Part shown: in pieces, positions 59,210 through 64,000 of the stretch
Layout of the letters: each line of letters begins with the position of its first letter
How positions within the stretch are numbered: position 1 is the first letter of the stretch
NCBI GenBank assembly: GCA_045226015.1
Contig: JBGVBY010000003.1
Location: 6,243-70,242, forward strand
Direction of reading: 5' to 3'
DNA length: 64,000 nucleotides
Origin: Bacilli bacterium
GTDB taxonomy: Bacteria > Bacillota_I > Bacilli_A > RFN20 > CAG-826
Notes under the pieces: generated by a model
The model's input: the letters and a program-made list of their open reading frames with translations, nothing else
Told to the model about the DNA's origin: nothing
The model's database searches: none
Position numbers and translations under genes: made by a program

Positions 59210-61003
59210 ATGGCAAACAATAACATCGCTGAAGAATTGATTAAACATTCGGATATTGTTAAAGTCATTGAGTCATACGTCCCCTTGATTAAGCAAGGAA
59301 AGAACTATAAAGCCGTATGTCCATTCCATGACGACACAAATCCTTCTTTAACTGTGTCTCCAGAAAAACAATATTTTAAGTGTTTTGTTTGCGGTACTGG
59401 TGGCAACGCAATTGGTTTTATTCAAAAATATGAACACATCTCCTTTGGAGAAGCACTGAAAAAGCTCGCTGATTTAGTTGATTATCATCCAGAGGGATTA
59501 GAGAGGATTAACAAGCCTGTTAAGGTTGACGCTAAGCGTGATGAACTTCTCAAGTGTTTATATGATTTGAACCTCTACTATCAATTCGCACTTAATACAC
59601 CAGAAGGTAAGGAAGGATTAGACTATTTTGAAAGTCGTAATCTTGATGCTTCCTTAAGGAATAAATACAAACTTGGATATGCTCCTAAAGACGGAAAAGC
59701 TACAATTGAATTCCTCAAGAAAAAAGGACATTCCATCAAAACTATCGAAGATACTGGTGTATGCACCATGATTGGAACTGGTGTCTACAAGGACATGAAT
59801 GAAGGAAGAGTAACATTCCCGATTTGTGATATTGATGGCAACGTGATTGGATTCAGCGCTCGTCGACTCAAAAACGATGACACCGCTAAATATATGAATA
59901 CACCTGAAACATATTTGTTTCATAAAACTAACAATCTCTATAACATCCATATAGCAAAAGATGTTGCGAGAAACAAAGGCTACATATATGTGTGTGAAGG
60001 ATTTATGGATGTGTTCGCACTAGGTAAGATTGGTATTGATTCTGCAGTAGCGATCATGGGCACCGCGCTAACCAGCGAACATATGCAAATATTAAGAAGC
60101 CTAAATGTTGAAATTAGACTTTGCCTAGACGGCGATCTTCCTGGACAATCTGCAATGATGAAAATTGCAAAGAATATGTCTAAAGTAGGTCTAAACTTCC
60201 GTATAGTGGATAACCAAGGAAGCAGTAAAGACCCAGATGAGATATTAAACGAAGATGGTAAGGAAGCGTTAGAAACATATCTCAATAAGCTAATCAATCA
60301 TACTGACTTTGCCTTAAATTACTATTTAAGAAGCAACCCACTTAAGACAAATGAAGAGAAAAAGACTCTTATTAAAGAGTTCTTGCCAATATTATTAAAG
60401 CTCAATAGCCAACTTGAACTAGATAACTATTTGAGAAAATTATCAAAGATAACAGGATTCGATGTCGAATCGATAAGAAGCCTGGTTGTTAGAGCGAGAA
60501 CCTCATATGTTCAAAACGATGGACTTAGTAGTGTTAAAGCCGCTATACAGAACTTCCATCCTGAAAGAGAGGCCCTCCAGAAGCTCGTAACTGCTGAACG
60601 CGAGCTTTTATACCAAATGAGTCAAAACAAGGCTGCAGTGAGCTTTTACGAAGATAAAATCGGTGGTTTCTATGATGATGTCTACCGCCAGATCGCAAAC
60701 TTCATGATTGAATACGCGGAATCACATGAAGAAATGGATGCGAACGGGCTCATGACATTAGTGGAAAGTAGTGAAGTCGATAATAAAGACTCACTGATTG
60801 ATGATTTAACTTCATTGCTGATGGAAACTCATCCAAGCGACTGTTCCGAACAATTACTTAGTAATTTGTTAGATACAATCAATGGTGAGAAGAGCCGAAT
60901 TACAGATGAAGATATCCTTGAAAATTCGCTTGAAGGGAAGAGCGAATTAGAACAGGCGAGAATCATCGCTGACTTCAGAAGAAGAAAAATGAACAAAAAA
61001 TAG
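59210..61003 (+). CDS. dnaG: DNA primase
   Basis: 597 aa. N-terminal zinc ribbon CPFHDDTNPSLTV...CFVCGTGG, followed by a TOPRIM domain (EGFMDV) and a C-terminal helicase-interaction region. Confidence 0.92.
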   Translation: MANNNIAEELIKHSDIVKVIESYVPLIKQGKNYKAVCPFHDDTNPSLTVSPEKQYFKCFVCGTGGNAIGFIQKYEHISFGEALKKLADLVDYHPEGLERINKPVKVDAKRDELLKCLYDLNLYYQFALNTPEGKEGLDYFESRNLDASLRNKYKLGYAPKDGKATIEFLKKKGHSIKTIEDTGVCTMIGTGVYKDMNEGRVTFPICDIDGNVIGFSARRLKNDDTAKYMNTPETYLFHKTNNLYNIHIAKDVARNKGYIYVCEGFMDVFALGKIGIDSAVAIMGTALTSEHMQILRSLNVEIRLCLDGDLPGQSAMMKIAKNMSKVGLNFRIVDNQGSSKDPDEILNEDGKEALETYLNKLINHTDFALNYYLRSNPLKTNEEKKTLIKEFLPILLKLNSQLELDNYLRKLSKITGFDVESIRSLVVRARTSYVQNDGLSSVKAAIQNFHPEREALQKLVTAERELLYQMSQNKAAVSFYEDKIGGFYDDVYRQIANFMIEYAESHEEMDANGLMTLVESSEVDNKDSLIDDLTSLLMETHPSDCSEQLLSNLLDTINGEKSRITDEDILENSLEGKSELEQARIIADFRRRKMNKK

Positions 61004-61037
61004 ATTTGAGATGAAATTGAATAGGGAGAATTGAAAT

Positions 61038-62291
61038 ATGGGAAGACCAAGAAAAGATGCATCCGCTTCAGCACCTGCTAAGAAAGCAAGTAAAAAAAGA
61101 GATACTGAAACCTTAGCAACTTTAGCGGAGATTGAAGCAAAGCTTTTGAAGAAAGCTAAAAACAATGGTAACAGTCTTGATCAAAGTGAAATCTATGATG
61201 CTCTTAATAATTATGAACTCGAAGATGATGTTATTGATGATTTAATTGAATACTTTGCAAAGCAAAAGGTTGAAGTTGTTTCAGATGATGACGCTGAAGA
61301 CGAAGACGAAGACATCGGTGATGAAGATTTTGACGAAAGCAAAATGGCTTCGTTAGATGACGATGATGATTTCTTTAGCGAAGATGTTGAAGACACTGAT
61401 GAAGAAATTGATTTTGATATCGATCATTTGGACGCTGCTATCGGTGGTGAAGTTAAAATCAATGACTCTGTTAAGATTTATCTTAAAGAGATTGGTAAAT
61501 ACGAACTTCTCAAACCAGAAGAAGAACCAATTCTTGCCGCTAAGATTCTTCAAGGAGATGAAGAAGCAAAGCAAAGATTGATTAACGCAAACCTTCGTTT
61601 AGTTGTTAACATTGCAAAGCACTACGTTGGACGTGGTATGCAATTCTTGGATTTAATCCAAGAAGGTAACCTTGGTCTTATGAAAGCGGTCGATAAGTTC
61701 GACTACACCAAAGGATTTAAATTCTCAACATATGCGACTTGGTGGATCCGTCAAGCGATTACTAGAGCAATTGCGGACCAAGCAAGAACTATTCGTATTC
61801 CTGTTCATATGGTTGAAACCATTAATAAGATGACTAGAGTTCAACGTCAATTAGTCCAAGATTTAGACAGAGATCCAACAGCCGAAGAAATTTCTGAAGC
61901 TATGGGTGGTGAACTCACCGCAAAAAGAATTCGTGAAATTCAAAGAATTGCTCTCGAACCAGTTTCATTTGAAACTCCAATTGGTGAAGAAGATGATTCA
62001 CATTTAATCGACTTTATCGAAGATAAAGATAATGAATCACCTGTTGAATATACAACAAAAGAACTTCTTAAAGAAGAACTCGATGCAATCCTTAAGGATT
62101 TGACAGACAGAGAAGAAAGAGTACTTAGATTACGTTATGGATTAGATGACAACCGTCCAAGAACTCTTGAAGAAGTTGGTAAAGAATTTGGCGTTACCCG
62201 TGAACGTATTCGTCAAATCGAGGCTAAAGCTATTAAAAAGCTTAAACATCCAACAAGACGTAAAAAATTAGGAGATTATCGTAACTCATAA
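61038..62291 (+). CDS. sigA: RNA polymerase sigma factor SigA (RpoD)
   Basis: 417 aa. Acidic region 1.1 is present. Region 2.4/4.2 motifs ([44 protein letters not shown] ... [15 protein letters not shown]) are canonical. Confidence 0.95.
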   Translation: MGRPRKDASASAPAKKASKKRDTETLATLAEIEAKLLKKAKNNGNSLDQSEIYDALNNYELEDDVIDDLIEYFAKQKVEVVSDDDAEDEDEDIGDEDFDESKMASLDDDDDFFSEDVEDTDEEIDFDIDHLDAAIGGEVKINDSVKIYLKEIGKYELLKPEEEPILAAKILQGDEEAKQRLINANLRLVVNIAKHYVGRGMQFLDLIQEGNLGLMKAVDKFDYTKGFKFSTYATWWIRQAITRAIADQARTIRIPVHMVETINKMTRVQRQLVQDLDRDPTAEEISEAMGGELTAKRIREIQRIALEPVSFETPIGEEDDSHLIDFIEDKDNESPVEYTTKELLKEELDAILKDLTDREERVLRLRYGLDDNRPRTLEEVGKEFGVTRERIRQIEAKAIKKLKHPTRRKKLGDYRNS

Positions 62292-62950
62292 TGAAATTAT
62301 CAAAGCGTTTACAAGCTATTTATGATATGGTTCCTTGCGGTATTGCTGCCGATGTGGGAAGCGATCATGGGAAATTAATAATTTCCTTATTTAAAAATGG
62401 TGTTATTTGTAAAGGCTATGCGATAGAAAATAAAAAAGGCCCATATTCTCGATTAGTTAAAGCAATTAAAGAGAACGACGCTGAAGATGGAATTATTCCA
62501 ATGCTTTCTGATGGCATCAGCGAGCTTCCTAAAGATGTTAATACAGTTATCATCGCAGGTATGGGTGGGTTCAATGTGATTGAAATATTAAAGAAGCATC
62601 CTGGCAAACTTAAAAATGTTGATACTTTAATCGTTGACGCTCATAACTCCATCCCAGAATTAAGGGAACAGGTTTGCAAGATGGGTTTCGTTATTGCAGA
62701 TGAAGATATCGTGGAAGAGAAGAATGTTTATTATGAAATAATAAAATTCAAAGCCGGAGAAGTTGGATATCTTGATGATCACGATATTGAATTTGGTCCA
62801 ATTTTAAGAAATGAAAAATCAATTACATTTAAAGAGAAATATCAAACACGTATTACTGAAATTGATAAAATTTTATCAAATAAAAAAATACCAGATAGTA
62901 AATCTAAACAATTAAATTCCGAAAAAGAAAGGATACGTTCAATATTATGA
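62291..62950 (+). CDS. trmK: tRNA (adenine22-N1)-methyltransferase TrmK
   Basis: 219 aa. ADVGSDHGKL SAM-binding motif is present. Conserved position after sigA (yqfN-like). Overlapping start with sigA. Confidence 0.8.
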   Translation: MKLSKRLQAIYDMVPCGIAADVGSDHGKLIISLFKNGVICKGYAIENKKGPYSRLVKAIKENDAEDGIIPMLSDGISELPKDVNTVIIAGMGGFNVIEILKKHPGKLKNVDTLIVDAHNSIPELREQVCKMGFVIADEDIVEEKNVYYEIIKFKAGEVGYLDDHDIEFGPILRNEKSITFKEKYQTRITEIDKILSNKKIPDSKSKQLNSEKERIRSIL

Positions 62951-63717
62951 AGACCGTAAGCTTACTTAATCGTTTGGCTAAAAAGTTTCCTAAGAAATAT
63001 GCGAAGATGAATCATGATTTTGTTGGCCTTATGGTAGGCAAACTTCCTGAAGAAGTTAACAAAATTGTTCTTTGTTTAGATTGTGATTGGGAAATATTCC
63101 CAAAGATTAAAGAAATCAAACCAGATTTAGTTTTAACCCATCATCCTTTAATATACGGCTATAGGTCGCGTGTCTTTAAAAGAGATCCTAGCAAGAAAGA
63201 GCTTTGTGATGAATTAGAAAAGGCAGGAATACCTGTTTATAGCATGCACACAAACTTTGATACTGGTGTAGATGGTATGAATGATGCCTTAGCATCAAAA
63301 CTCAATTTACGTGACATTTCATCTGTTGAAGGAAACATGATGATGAGAGGCGGAAAACTCGAATCACCAATGAGTCTTGAAGAATTTGCTGAATATGCTA
63401 ATAAATGCTTTGATGTAAGTTATTCTTTATTAATAAATAAAGGAACTAAGCAAATTAATAGTGTAGCAATCATTGGTGGAGGCGGAAGCGGTTATTGGCC
63501 ACTTGCAAAAGATGCTGGCTATGATATTTATATCTCAGGTGATTGTCCACATCATGTGAGAAGAGAGATTGTTAACGCTGGTTACAATTACTTAGATATG
63601 CCTCATGAAATTGAAAAGGCGTTCATTGGACAAATGAAAAAAATCATCAACACAATTGATGATTCAATAGAAATTATTACAATTGATCACGAAAAAGAAC
63701 CAAAGGTTATAAACTAA
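62947..63717 (+). CDS. Nif3-family dinuclear metal center protein (YqfO-like)
   Basis: 256 aa. The N-terminal region (VGLMVG...LTHHPLIY) and C-terminal His cluster are typical of the Nif3/YqfO family. Overlaps trmK by 4 nt. Confidence 0.85.
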   Translation: MKTVSLLNRLAKKFPKKYAKMNHDFVGLMVGKLPEEVNKIVLCLDCDWEIFPKIKEIKPDLVLTHHPLIYGYRSRVFKRDPSKKELCDELEKAGIPVYSMHTNFDTGVDGMNDALASKLNLRDISSVEGNMMMRGGKLESPMSLEEFAEYANKCFDVSYSLLINKGTKQINSVAIIGGGGSGYWPLAKDAGYDIYISGDCPHHVRREIVNAGYNYLDMPHEIEKAFIGQMKKIINTIDDSIEIITIDHEKEPKVIN

Positions 63718-64000
63718 TCAAGTAGTTATAAATTTGGTCAACAATATATTGTGGAGTAGAAGCCCCAGAACCAACTGCGGCTTTTCTTTTGTTTTTAATA
63801 TCAATGCCCTTTAATTCTTCAAGATTATTCACCATTAGTACAAGGGACTCTGGATAATTCTCTTTTGCTATTTCAAATAATTTATTTGAATTACTGGATT
63901 TAGAGTGACCAACAATGATGATTAAGTCAGTGTCTTTATCGATTTTAAGAATCGCTTCTTGTCTTAATCTGGTCGCGTTACATATTTCATTTTCAATTCT
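63707..64000 (-). CDS. ispH: 4-hydroxy-3-methylbut-2-enyl diphosphate reductase IspH, 3' fragment (gene continues beyond window)
   Basis: The minus-strand frame is open to the window edge. Translation ...ICNATRLRQEAILKIDKDTDLIIIVGHSKSSNSNKLFEIA...AAVGSGASTPQYIV... matches IspH C-terminal motifs. The stop is at 63707-63709, a convergent overlap with the nif3-like gene. Confidence 0.75.
   Translation of the reverse strand, partial: RIENEICNATRLRQEAILKIDKDTDLIIIVGHSKSSNSNKLFEIAKENYPESLVLMVNNLEELKGIDIKNKRKAAVGSGASTPQYIVDQIYNYLISL

Noticed and set aside
1-64000. Mobile elements, prophage, CRISPR arrays, tRNA/rRNA genes
   Set aside because: No transposase/integrase-like ORFs, no terminal inverted repeats, and no repeat-spacer periodicity were found. 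No stretch has tRNA cloverleaf hallmarks or rRNA-like conservation. Every >150-nt gap is accounted for by promoters, terminators, the T-box or CIRCE.

Overview
This 64 kb window is a low-GC (about 33-35%) chromosomal segment from a Firmicutes-type organism. Gene order is strongly syntenic with Bacillus core operons: rimP-nusA-ylxR-infB-rbfA-truB-ribF, rpsO-pnp, alaS-ruvX-DUF1292, comEA-comEC-holA/rpsT, lepA-hemW-hrcA-grpE-dnaK-dnaJ, and ybeY-cdd-era-recO-glyQS-dnaG-sigA-trmK-nif3. The monomeric alpha2-type GlyRS, missing comEB/ylxQ and long NusA tail suggest an Erysipelotrichia- or Mollicutes-related anaerobe. Nearly all genes are on the + strand with tight or overlapping junctions, and the genetic code is standard. 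I found no rRNA, tRNA, CRISPR array, IS element or prophage. The RNA-level elements are one T-box leader upstream of alaS, tandem CIRCE operators at hrcA, and several clear rho-independent terminators. Against the conserved backbone, the material most worth a second look is lineage-specific. It comprises a Sel1/LRR-membrane/LicD surface locus at the 5' edge and an uncharacterised GlpA-like/FAD-oxidoreductase/DUF1667 trio. It also includes an O2/NO-detox module (flavodoxin, four-domain flavodiiron protein, rubredoxin), a phosphoesterase plus adenylation-carrier didomain operon, and a PD-(D/E)xK nuclease fused to an XPD/DinG-type FeS helicase. Two further items are insertions into otherwise conserved synteny. 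One is a Fic-fold pseudoenzyme plus a small membrane protein between lepA and hemW. The other is an orphan C39-peptidase/TM protein lacking an ABC ATPase between dnaJ and ybeY. None of these is a demonstrably new system from sequence alone, and the functions given are motif-based inferences.
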